Position numbers and translations under genes: made by a program. From a virus, in the IMG/VR virus record IMGVR_UViG_3300045988_041103: a stretch of 45,914 nt of DNA. One strand, written 5' to 3'. Shown piece after piece: positions 31,404-39,940 of the stretch (position 1 is the stretch's first letter; every line of letters starts with the position of its first letter). The notes under the pieces were generated by a model. It had not been told where the DNA came from and did not search any database. It was given only the letters and a program-made list of their open reading frames with translations.

Positions 31404-31943
31404 TTACACCCCCTTAATCCGGGCGGCAATCATATCCGCCGTGTGGGTATAAAGCACATTGGGGAAAGTAGTAACGGATCTTCCGTAACTGTTCCAGTTG
31501 TCCTTCACATCAAAAGCGCCCATGTGCCATCTGATACAATGAAGTTCTTCATCCGTCAGCGGGAACAGCTTTTGACACAGAATCACGGATTTTTCGCCGT
31601 GGCCGGGAAGAAGTGTGGCGTTATTGTATTCCCATGCTTCATCACCGGTTTGGTGGTAGTTGTCCACTTTGCAAAGATCATGGAACATACCCACAATATA
31701 GGGGCTTTCCGGTTTTTCCCACTTCAGTTCAAGCCGTTCCGTCATAAACAGAAGGGCGTTCATGACTTCAAGGGAATGATCAAACAAAGCGCCGGGGTAG
31801 GCTCCATGATGATGAATGGAAGCCGGGGCCTTGAAGAAGCCCCATTTTACCAATTCCCCAACAGCGCTGTTGGGAATACGGCCAGCATCAATGGCCGGTT
31901 TCATTGCGTTCAGAAAAGTTTCAAGGCGTTTACTATTATCCAT
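31404..31943 (-). CDS. HD-domain phosphohydrolase
   Basis: HHHGAYPGALFDHSLEV, and HD in GMFHDLCK. A later H/D pair lies in IRWHMG...THTADMIA. Confidence 0.75.
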   Translation of the reverse strand: MDNSKRLETFLNAMKPAIDAGRIPNSAVGELVKWGFFKAPASIHHHGAYPGALFDHSLEVMNALLFMTERLELKWEKPESPYIVGMFHDLCKVDNYHQTGDEAWEYNNATLLPGHGEKSVILCQKLFPLTDEELHCIRWHMGAFDVKDNWNSYGRSVTTFPNVLYTHTADMIAARIKGV

Positions 31944-31958
31944 TTTTCACCAATCCTT

Positions 31959-32540
31959 TCAGTTAAACCATTTGATCACCGGATCACCGGTGAAGCCTTT
32001 TTCCCACACATACCACGCATAGGCTATGGCGCTGTCTGTTTTGCTCATATCCCCGTTCTTATAACAGGCCAGCCGGGAACGGGAAATATAAACTGTTCGG
32101 GGGGGGGTACTCTTGAAGAATAGCCCCCGCTTTTGTCCCTCCAAAAATTGAACCTTCAGGAACATAGCCACTTTCCCACCGGGCCTGACGCTTTCAAGCG
32201 CCTTCTGAACAAATTCAAGGCCCATTGAGTACGGCGGGTTTGTGATTATGTCCCCTTCAAATCCTTCAAGGGTTTCCGTCAGGAAGTCCAACGGTTCAGG
32301 ATCACCAAACCCACGGTAAATCAAATCTGTGGAAATGACTTCATATCCGTGGGCCTGAAGCACCTTGGAAATGTGGCCTTCCCCACAGGCCGGTTCCCAT
32401 ATCACCGGGGCAAAGGGTTCCAGTTCCAGCAATAGTTCCACGGCCTTTGGGTCGGTTGCATAATAATCATGCTGTTCCCGTTCTTCCAAGGCGTGGTTGG
32501 AAGCGCCCAAGGTGGTGAATATGCTGTTCTGATTTCTCAT
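31959..32540 (-). CDS. Orphan N6-adenine DNA methyltransferase
   Basis: Motif I EPACGEG, motif IV NPPY. No restriction partner lies nearby. It contains a coding-strand C9 tract (plus-strand G9, 32099-32107). Confidence 0.8.
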   Translation of the reverse strand: MRNQNSIFTTLGASNHALEEREQHDYYATDPKAVELLLELEPFAPVIWEPACGEGHISKVLQAHGYEVISTDLIYRGFGDPEPLDFLTETLEGFEGDIITNPPYSMGLEFVQKALESVRPGGKVAMFLKVQFLEGQKRGLFFKSTPPRTVYISRSRLACYKNGDMSKTDSAIAYAWYVWEKGFTGDPVIKWFN

Positions 32541-34435
32541 TCTTCACCACCTGTCCCTTCCACGAACACACGGGTTTTCTTCCCCTTGATGTACTTTGCA
32601 TCGGTGACGAACCCACACCGCTTGCAAATCTGCCTTGAAAATTCAATGGCGGATAGGGCTTGGAAGTTGTTTGCAATGCAGTATTCCTTATAGCGCCTGT
32701 AAACGGTGTTGGTGGCTTCATTTACAATCCCGTCAAGGCCCACTTCCTGAATGAAGCCAATGATGGGGTTATTATTCTGTTCGTATTCATCCAACTGCCC
32801 CTGAACTCGCTTGGAAGTGGTGAATTGGGCCTTGCCCAAAACAGATTTCAAAGCCTTCAGGCCCAAAACAATCAGGTATTCCATGGAATCCTGTTCACAA
32901 AGTTCATCTTTGATGAACGGGCGGAAATCGGGATCATTTGGGGTAAACTTTGCATCAAAGGGAACGATCACCAAACGCCGCTGAACGGCTCCGGTTTTAT
33001 CCTTCATGCGGGGAATATTGTTGGCGCTGAACAGGAATTTTGCATAGTTATTGAATTCAAACGGGTCTTGGCCTTTCCGCTCCACATTCACCCGATCACC
33101 GGTTACCAGCTTCTTGAATACAGAAGCATTGGCAATAAATTCATCACCAATATCATCACCGATGTTCGCCAGCTTTCCGAACAGTTCAGCGGTTTTGAAC
33201 CTGTCCCCAAGTTCCTTCAGGTCAAGGGAAGCAATGTTGGAATCCCCAAGCATATTCTTCACCACATGAAGGAAGGTGGATTTGCCGTTGCTTTTATCTC
33301 CAATCAGAATGAAGGCTTTTCCAAGTTCATTGCGCCGGTACAGGCAATAGCCCACCATTTCTTCCAGCAAGGCCCTAACTTCAGGATCGTTACAGGCCAG
33401 CCGGTCAAGGGTGTGATCCAGCAATTCCGAATAGGCGGCGGGATTGTAGGGCCACGGGATTTTATTTGTGATCACCACATCCGGGGTGAAGTCCTTGAAT
33501 GAACCATCCTTGATGTTGTAAAGGCCGTTGGTGAAGGCAATCACATTGGGGTTGGTGGTCTTGGCTTCTCCATCAATCATAATTTCAAGATAGGCAAGCA
33601 CTTCAGAACGGTTGGCCCGTTTCAGATGGGGAATGTGTTTGATCATTTGGGATTCAATTTCCGCATGGCCCGGAACATAAATCCCATCCTTGTAAATGTG
33701 AAGCTGACCATTGATCTTCACAATATAGTTGTTGTTCTTCAGGTAGGTTGCAAACTTATCAAACAGGAAAGTGGAACCCTTGAAAAACACCGGCTTCTTG
33801 AACGCATCATCCCGAAGAATGGTTTCCAATTCCCGTTCAGACAGAGGATCAGAAAGAACATACCGGTTGATCAGGCGGATGGTTTCACGGGCTTCTTCCT
33901 TTGTGAAATCCTCGCTCTGAAGGGTCAGAATGTAGTTGAACAGGCTTTGGTTCCGTCCATCCCCGGCTTCCATATCCAGAAACTTCATATTGGTTTTCAC
34001 AGGGGTCAACCATTTGGGAAGTTCCTGAATTTCATCTTCTGGGCAATCCTGAAGCATGGGGCGATCCACACCCTTGAAGCGCATAATGGCATAGCTGTTA
34101 TTGCGCCCCACCTTGGCATCTGTTTCAATGCCAAGGGCCAAGGTTTGTTTTGTCCAGCTTTTTTCAACATACCCTTCAGGGTTTTTGAAATAAAAGTGTT
34201 TGCCCCTTGTGGTGGCATACACCCGGCACTTCAAGGCCAAATCCTGAACGATCTTGAACAGAAGATCAGAAGTTTCACCATCATCAACATCAATCAGGAT
34301 CGTTTCTTCTCCAAGAATGGCCGCATATTCATCAAGGTCTTGAACATCTTCAAGGGTGTTCAGCCTTTTCCGCCCCTTGAATTTTTCAAGGCATTGCTTA
34401 TCCTTTGTCGGCACATAGCCCCGGAACAGTTGCAT
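32537..34435 (-). CDS. Primase-helicase (prim-pol-like N-terminus + D5/P4-type SF3 helicase)
   Basis: ILIDVDD acidic motif in the N-terminal part. Walker A GDKSNGKST. Walker B-like ANIGDD. Confidence 0.85.
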   Translation of the reverse strand: MQLFRGYVPTKDKQCLEKFKGRKRLNTLEDVQDLDEYAAILGEETILIDVDDGETSDLLFKIVQDLALKCRVYATTRGKHFYFKNPEGYVEKSWTKQTLALGIETDAKVGRNNSYAIMRFKGVDRPMLQDCPEDEIQELPKWLTPVKTNMKFLDMEAGDGRNQSLFNYILTLQSEDFTKEEARETIRLINRYVLSDPLSERELETILRDDAFKKPVFFKGSTFLFDKFATYLKNNNYIVKINGQLHIYKDGIYVPGHAEIESQMIKHIPHLKRANRSEVLAYLEIMIDGEAKTTNPNVIAFTNGLYNIKDGSFKDFTPDVVITNKIPWPYNPAAYSELLDHTLDRLACNDPEVRALLEEMVGYCLYRRNELGKAFILIGDKSNGKSTFLHVVKNMLGDSNIASLDLKELGDRFKTAELFGKLANIGDDIGDEFIANASVFKKLVTGDRVNVERKGQDPFEFNNYAKFLFSANNIPRMKDKTGAVQRRLVIVPFDAKFTPNDPDFRPFIKDELCEQDSMEYLIVLGLKALKSVLGKAQFTTSKRVQGQLDEYEQNNNPIIGFIQEVGLDGIVNEATNTVYRRYKEYCIANNFQALSAIEFSRQICKRCGFVTDAKYIKGKKTRVFVEGTGGEE

Positions 34436-34438
34436 TGG

Positions 34439-36259
34439 TCAAATCCCCCCCCCAACCTGTTTAATTCCAAAGTCATTCAGGCGATCCCACGCCATTTTGA
34501 TGTAATAGCCTTTATCCAGTTCATCCGGGATCGGCATACCGCATACATCGTCATTGATGATGAAACAGTGATCCGGGGTGTTGGCAAACTGTTCAGGGTT
34601 CTTTTCCCGGCCTTTGATGATCTTACCGGAAACCTTGAATAATCCGCCTTTGCTGTGGTCTTTGGAAGCAAACACCCGGAATGTTTTATCTGTCTGAACC
34701 TCACCCCCGCTGAACCGCTTCACAGTTTTTGAGCGGCCCTTATCATCCCTGATCTTTTCAAGGGTGATGGTGGGGGAATAAATGGCATATTTGTATTTGC
34801 TGGAAACCTTCACAACCTTCTGGAAGTCCCGCAAATCAGAACATTCCATGATGGTTTTTTCCGGTGGAATATCGTAAAGGAAGAAGTTCACAATGGCCCG
34901 GTTGACAATGGGAAGATCATAATCCAGATCAGACAGCTTTTTGACATAAGCGCCCTTGCATTTCCACCGGGGTTTTCCCTTTTCATCAACCAACGGCCCA
35001 TCGGGAACCACCAGATAATTGTTCACATCCTTCTGATACACCCGCCTGAATTCATCGAATTCCAGCCGCATACCAGTTCTTTCTTCCCACTCCCAACAAA
35101 TATCATCAATCAATTCATAATCGTCATAGTGACGCAGTTTGATCAAGATACCATCGGTGTTGCTCTGGATAATGTCACAGTGATCTTCCAACCGTTCAAT
35201 CAAATCCAGCAAGAGAAGCTGACCGCCCACACAGACATTGTTTGCTTGCCGGGGGTCATACATGGCATTGTGGCGATCCTTCATGGCTCCATAGGTGGAA
35301 TTCAGAACGATTTTGTAAGGCTGTTGCATGGGGTTCTTTTCGGCCTTCAGCTTCAACCGGGTATGATAGATTTCTTCATACTTGGACGGATCAGCCACAT
35401 TCCGGGAAATCCATTTATAAACCAGCATCAAGGATGGATAATAGGAAGCCACATCCACATTGATGAAGTAACCTTCCCCGAAATATTGCGGAATTGCTCC
35501 GTGCAAACCTCCCCAAGCGAATACATGGGGAACCCCGGCAACCTCAATTTCAAGGGCCTTGGAATAGTCCCGGTTCAGAGGATTTTTATACCAGTTCAAA
35601 ACCTCTGTATATTTTTCAATCCGCAAGGTTCCGGGAAGTTGAAGTTCAAATTCATCATCATGATCCCGCTGAACAGCCCCAAGGATTTTGGCGGAAAGCT
35701 GTGCCTTTGTGCGCCCAATATCCGATATGGGAAGGCTGAAGGCTTTCACAAGGGACATTTGGGCATCAAATTCATCTTCTTTGCGCCTTAACCACACTTC
35801 AACGGTTTCTTCCACATCATGGCGGCAGTATTTAACCGTTTCCTGAATCTCCGCTTCTGTCAATGGCCGGTCAATATCAAAAGGAACACTGGTTTCCTTG
35901 ATGGAATGCCCCATGAATGCTTCCAGCGTTTTCAAGCTGATAGGTGGATTGGGTATCACATCATAATTGATCACCGGGAAATTCCTGAACAGGCTTGAAA
36001 ACCTGTAACCGGGTTTATCTTCAAGAATGATCCAATCATTCACATCCTTGGGGTTGAACCCACACAGGATTCCTTTCAGAATGTATTGGTCATAATTTCG
36101 GCTGTTGTACCCGGCCCAAATGGTTCCTTTGTGCTTCTCATAGAAGCGCCGCAACTGATCAGGATCATTGATGATCACGGTTTCTTTCTTTTCGGTCAGG
36201 TCGATGAAAACAACCATCCAATCATACTTGAAAACCTCAAAGTCATAGAAGATCATCAT
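34439..36259 (-). CDS. Family-B-like DNA polymerase with a 3'-5' exonuclease domain
   Basis: Exo motifs YDFEV, NSRNYDQYIL and YCRHDVEE. Pol motifs DVASYYPSLM and KIVLNSTYGAM. Motif C reads SNTDG (N where DTD is usual). The start ATG 36259 is preceded by GGGTGA; the ORF track begins at 36430. Confidence 0.8.
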   Translation of the reverse strand: MMIFYDFEVFKYDWMVVFIDLTEKKETVIINDPDQLRRFYEKHKGTIWAGYNSRNYDQYILKGILCGFNPKDVNDWIILEDKPGYRFSSLFRNFPVINYDVIPNPPISLKTLEAFMGHSIKETSVPFDIDRPLTEAEIQETVKYCRHDVEETVEVWLRRKEDEFDAQMSLVKAFSLPISDIGRTKAQLSAKILGAVQRDHDDEFELQLPGTLRIEKYTEVLNWYKNPLNRDYSKALEIEVAGVPHVFAWGGLHGAIPQYFGEGYFINVDVASYYPSLMLVYKWISRNVADPSKYEEIYHTRLKLKAEKNPMQQPYKIVLNSTYGAMKDRHNAMYDPRQANNVCVGGQLLLLDLIERLEDHCDIIQSNTDGILIKLRHYDDYELIDDICWEWEERTGMRLEFDEFRRVYQKDVNNYLVVPDGPLVDEKGKPRWKCKGAYVKKLSDLDYDLPIVNRAIVNFFLYDIPPEKTIMECSDLRDFQKVVKVSSKYKYAIYSPTITLEKIRDDKGRSKTVKRFSGGEVQTDKTFRVFASKDHSKGGLFKVSGKIIKGREKNPEQFANTPDHCFIINDDVCGMPIPDELDKGYYIKMAWDRLNDFGIKQVGGGI

Positions 36260-36381
36260 TTCACCCGCTTTCTGAATGTTCTTTGGTGAATCGGTAGAAA
36301 CAGCCCCGCCACGGGAAGGCTTCACCATGGGGCCAACCGGGGCAAAGCCCCGGCCTTGAAAAGAAACTTTCAAGAATTGCG

Positions 36382-36430
36382 GTGTCCTTTGGGACACTTT
36401 TATTGTAAAAAATTTTGCGCCGTTTTTCAA
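36382..36430 (-). promoter_or_regulatory. Internal promoter with an operator: TTGAAA-17-TACAAT-4 nt-GTGTCCCAAAGGACAC
   Basis: -35 at 36425-36430, -10 at 36402-36407, palindrome at 36382-36397. The geometry is the same as in the cro-like promoter. Confidence 0.6.
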
Positions 36431-36897
36431 TCCTCGACTTCATAAACTTCATCAATGCTGATGGAATTGAAGCGGGAATCATCATAGTCCACGGCATATT
36501 CCAGCTTGCCATCAATGGCTTCCGCAATGTCAAGGACAAGCTGGGCAAACTGCTTATAGCTGGTGAAACTGACGGGAATACCGGAATCCAGCTTTTCAAG
36601 GAAGCCCATAGCGGAAGCGATCATGTTCTTATCGTTCTTGGTGCCGTACAGAACACGGTTCATGAACAGGCGCTGGTTCTTGTACTCACCGGAAAGAATC
36701 TTGAAGGACACAGCCAGCATGGGGCGGTTGGGATCGGCCTTGGTGCCTTTGATCTCCATGGTTTCCACCTTGGCTTCATACTTGCCAGCGGGAATGGTGG
36801 GGAAGTCACCACCGCCGTTCTTCTTGGCATCCTCCACATCAGCCTGAAGGCCCTTCAGATCAACGGTACGATCAATCTTGTCAAAATCAATAGCCAT
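36427..36897 (-). CDS. DUF669-like protein (putative ssDNA-binding partner of Sak4-type recombinases)
   Basis: 156 aa. The FPTIPAGKYEAKV..MEIKGTK pattern and its position after the AAA_24-like gene support the call. Recalled. Confidence 0.55.
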   Translation of the reverse strand: MAIDFDKIDRTVDLKGLQADVEDAKKNGGGDFPTIPAGKYEAKVETMEIKGTKADPNRPMLAVSFKILSGEYKNQRLFMNRVLYGTKNDKNMIASAMGFLEKLDSGIPVSFTSYKQFAQLVLDIAEAIDGKLEYAVDYDDSRFNSISIDEVYEVED

Positions 36898-36925
36898 AGT
36901 TTTTTACCTCCAAAAAATGTATTTA

Positions 36926-37312
36926 TTAAAGGGTTTTCAGAAGATCAGCCAACCCACCAAACAGGGTATCAAGCACCTTGGCCGCTTTGTCAGCCGTTTC
37001 CTTGGCCCTGTTCATGTTGTCAACTTCTTCTTTCGTAGGGGAAAAACCACCATCAGGAATGAACAGATCATCAGGAAGAACGGTGTTCAGCAGATGATCA
37101 AGGGCCGCATCCGCCATCACATCACAGAAATCTTCATGATGTTCAGCGTAATTCCGAATGGCGATCTTGGCGGCGGAACGATGAAGTTCGATCAGGGCTT
37201 CACCATCAGCACCGGGCGGGGGGGGGATCAGGTTGGCGCACACCTGAATCTTGCGGAACAGGCCACGCTTGTTCATTTCTTCTTTGAAATGGTTCAGGGC
37301 ATCGTTTTTCAT
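36926..37312 (-). CDS. Hypothetical protein
   Basis: 128-aa ORF. Contains a coding-strand C9 tract (PPPP) at 37218-37226. Confidence 0.5.
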   Translation of the reverse strand: MKNDALNHFKEEMNKRGLFRKIQVCANLIPPPPGADGEALIELHRSAAKIAIRNYAEHHEDFCDVMADAALDHLLNTVLPDDLFIPDGGFSPTKEEVDNMNRAKETADKAAKVLDTLFGGLADLLKTL

Positions 37313-37325
37313 TTTGGGTTCCTCC

Positions 37326-37661
37326 TTATATTTGGTTGGAAATTATCTTTCCAATTTCCCTTACTGCATGGGTGATCTTCTCACGGTTGATCCGCTTTTC
37401 CTGAAGAACACCCATAATCACGGCGGCTTCCGTCTGAATATCCTGAAAGGCTCTGTGATTGCTTTCAAGGTCAGCTTCATAAGAAGCAAGGTCTGTATTT
37501 TCACCGGCCTTGGCCGATCTTACTTCTTCATCCGCTTTTTCTGCGTATTCCCGGAAATACTTTGCCGCTTCATAACCCATGTGTTTTTCAACCAGATATT
37601 CAAAATCACGGGCTGTGAAAATGGTTTCAGGCTTCCCGGCAATCATCAGCACTTCCGCCAT
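37326..37661 (-). CDS. Hypothetical protein
   Basis: 111 aa. Its ATG overlaps the stop of the start-less upstream frame (TGATG). Confidence 0.55.
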   Translation of the reverse strand: MAEVLMIAGKPETIFTARDFEYLVEKHMGYEAAKYFREYAEKADEEVRSAKAGENTDLASYEADLESNHRAFQDIQTEAAVIMGVLQEKRINREKITHAVREIGKIISNQI

Positions 37662-37663
37662 CA

Positions 37664-38071
37664 GGTATCACGCTTCTTCCGGGTGCGCCGGGGCGGGTTC
37701 ACATCCATCTTGGGCGCTTCTTCCTTGGGCCGATCCCACAGGGGGCAAACATCGGGGCCGCCTTCCTTATGGCACCGGTGACCGGCATCAATGTTGGGGC
37801 AAAGCGGGATTTCAGGGTTTTCCCGGTTCTGTGCGAAAATCCGTTCAGCGTCCGGGCATTTCGGAAGATCGGTGGTGTCCTCGTCACCCTCCCAAGGCGG
37901 GGTTTCGGTGGTGCCATCAGTGGCCGTGGTAGGGTCACCAGCCGCCGAACCTTCACCATCAGGATCATCTTTGGCGGGTTCCGGTGCCGGGGCTTCCTCT
38001 TTGGCCTTTTTTTGCCCGTCTGCTGGGCCGCTGTTCGCCGCTGTCAGAGGTTTCAGGCTTGGGGGTAGTAG
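37664..38071 (-). other. 136-codon open frame lacking any ATG/GTG/TTG start until its last 13 codons; Cys/His-rich acidic product
   Basis: Translated by hand: ...KKAKEEAPAPEPAKDDPDGEG...DLPKCPDAERIFAQNRENPEIPLCPNIDAGHRCHKEGGPDVCPLWDRP...RKKRDT. The frame is +1 relative to the 544-aa ORF, and the overlap zone contains an A7 tract (38007-38013). Confidence 0.45.
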
Positions 38072-39599
38072 TTACATCACCGCCACGCTTGACGGCTCCT
38101 GCGGCCTTCTGGTTGGCTTCCTCATACACTTCACAGAAGGCTTCATAATCCAGCGGAATTTCCTTGTTGTGAACAGTCAGACGCCCACCACCGAAGATCA
38201 CTTCAGAGGTCTTGAAAGACAGCACCCGTTCATTATCGTCCGCAACGATACGGGCAACCAGATCAACCATACCGGCAACCTTATTTGCCACTTTATCCTG
38301 AAGGTTCGGCTTGATAGAGCTTACCTTATCGCCGCCCTTGCGGGTCAAATCCCGGCTTCTGTCCTCATGGCTGATCAGGATGATATTTTCATAATCAAGG
38401 CTCACCAGCCGCTTCAGGGTGTTCAAGAATTCGCTTCTGACCATATCCCAAGCCCGGAAAGAATCATCAGATTCATGTTTCCAGCCCTGACGGTCACAGA
38501 TGTAAACCCGGCAGGATTCATAGACATCTTCCAGCAGATCAACCACAATGGTTTTGAAGTCATTCTGCTTCTTTTCCAGTTCGGCCACGGCTTCCATGAA
38601 TACTTCATAGGCCAACTTCCGTTTGGTCAACCGGCCTTCCACGGTCACCACATCCCGGATGGAAATGTACGGGGCATCCACAAACTTGATGTTGCCATCC
38701 GTGTTCAACATCAACGGATCGGGGAATTGGTTGGCAAAGAAGGTCTTGCCGCTGAAGGGTGCGCCATACAGCCAAACAACCTTCTTTTTGGTGGCGTTCA
38801 GATCACGCCGTTCATTTTTGGGAAGTAACATATAATCCCATCCTTTCATACAGTATTCTTCATACTCACACCACCCGCAAAAGTGGTTTGGGTTCTTGGG
38901 AAATTCTGCGGCTTCAACCATGTGCTTCACATTGGTCATGAAGCCAACAACCTTCATGGGGTCAAACTGGATCGGCATCAGTGTTGGTTCAGCTTCCTTC
39001 AAAGCGTCCTGCAACCGATCCCGGAATTGAAGAAGGGTTTCTGTGCTTTTCTGCCTGATCTTGGGTTTGGGAACCATCAGGAAATACATATTTCTGATCC
39101 GGTGGCCGGGGTGGGTTAGTTCATACCAATACTTGTATTCATGAAGCTGACCGGAAACGGCATAGCTTTTGGTGTTGTTGGAATACTTGAAATCATACAG
39201 ATCAAAAACCTGAACATCTTCACCCCACGGGTTGTTAAAGGCGTTTTTCGCCATCCATCCCATGGGAACAAGGTAATCCATGAACCCGATGAAGTCAGCG
39301 TTCCCAATGGGAAGTTCAAACTTGCCGCCCGGTGGCAACAGGGCCTTGGCTTTTGGAATCAGGGCTTCCAACTTCATCATTTCATTTACATGATCATCCG
39401 TCAGGATCGGGAAGCTGTTCTGGTAGAATTCAAGGGCCTGTTCAACCCCTTCTTCAATGCCGGTGTGAAGGGCCGTTCCAAGGATCAAGGCATTGTCAGG
39501 ATCGGTGTTCGGGATTGTGTCTATCCCTTCCACATATCGCAAGCGGTATTTGTATGGGCATCTATCAAAGACTTCAACCCGGCTGTGGGAAACTCGCAT
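37965..39599 (-). CDS. Fusion protein: Cas4/RecB-like PD-(D/E)XK nuclease + Sak4-like (AAA_24) recombination ATPase
   Basis: N-terminus SHSRVEVFDRCPYKYRLRY..., DLYDFKY, and the C-x2-C-x5-C cluster CGWCEYEEYC. Walker A then follows as GAPFSGKT, with VVDLLED as Walker B. Confidence 0.8.
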   Translation of the reverse strand: MRVSHSRVEVFDRCPYKYRLRYVEGIDTIPNTDPDNALILGTALHTGIEEGVEQALEFYQNSFPILTDDHVNEMMKLEALIPKAKALLPPGGKFELPIGNADFIGFMDYLVPMGWMAKNAFNNPWGEDVQVFDLYDFKYSNNTKSYAVSGQLHEYKYWYELTHPGHRIRNMYFLMVPKPKIRQKSTETLLQFRDRLQDALKEAEPTLMPIQFDPMKVVGFMTNVKHMVEAAEFPKNPNHFCGWCEYEEYCMKGWDYMLLPKNERRDLNATKKKVVWLYGAPFSGKTFFANQFPDPLMLNTDGNIKFVDAPYISIRDVVTVEGRLTKRKLAYEVFMEAVAELEKKQNDFKTIVVDLLEDVYESCRVYICDRQGWKHESDDSFRAWDMVRSEFLNTLKRLVSLDYENIILISHEDRSRDLTRKGGDKVSSIKPNLQDKVANKVAGMVDLVARIVADDNERVLSFKTSEVIFGGGRLTVHNKEIPLDYEAFCEVYEEANQKAAGAVKRGGDVTTTPKPETSDSGEQRPSRRAKKGQRGSPGTGTRQR

Positions 39600-39940
39600 T
39601 CTTTCACCCCTTTCACAATGTTCTTGAAGGCTTCAAAACCTTCCGGGTACAGGATGAAACCGAAACACTGTGATTGGTTGATCTGTTTCAGGTTTCGCTT
39701 TTGAAGTTCTGAAGGGGTTCCGTTGGAAGCCTTCAGTTCCACTTCAAGGGAAATGCCTTTTATGGTGATCTTCATATCGGGCAAACCGGATTTTGTATAT
39801 CTTCCGCCGCCCCACCGTTTTTCCCAATACCCACAGGGCGGGGCCTTCATCCGGTCAACCGGTTCCCCCAAAGGGTAAATGCCTTCAGATTCCAGCCACT
39901 TCTTCAGGCGGTTTTCAAAGTTCTTTTCACCGGCCATCAA
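39521..39940 (-). CDS. VRR-NUC / Holliday-junction-resolvase-like nuclease
   Basis: GLPDMKI...ISLEVELKASNGTPSELQKRNL fits the D...ExK nuclease core. Its 3' end overlaps the next gene by 79 nt. Confidence 0.7.
   Translation of the reverse strand: MMAGEKNFENRLKKWLESEGIYPLGEPVDRMKAPPCGYWEKRWGGGRYTKSGLPDMKITIKGISLEVELKASNGTPSELQKRNLKQINQSQCFGFILYPEGFEAFKNIVKGVKECEFPTAGLKSLIDAHTNTACDMWKG

Noticed and set aside
30466-31943. Non-canonical base (Z-genome or hypermodified pyrimidine) pathway
   Set aside because: Only ThyX, an HD hydrolase and a small MazG-like protein are present. No PurZ-like or hydroxymethylase/glycosyltransferase candidates are visible.
34439-36259. Polymerase motif C reading SNTDG instead of DTD as a sign of an inactive enzyme
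   Set aside because: The exonuclease motifs and polymerase motifs A and B are intact, and the second Asp is retained. Without an alignment I cannot claim inactivation.
37699-37968. 89-aa Arg/Pro-rich minus-strand ORF (third frame in the 37.7-38.0 kb region)
   Set aside because: It has an extremely basic, low-complexity composition and is not coupled to its neighbours. The +1 frame ending in TGATG looks like the genuine coding frame.
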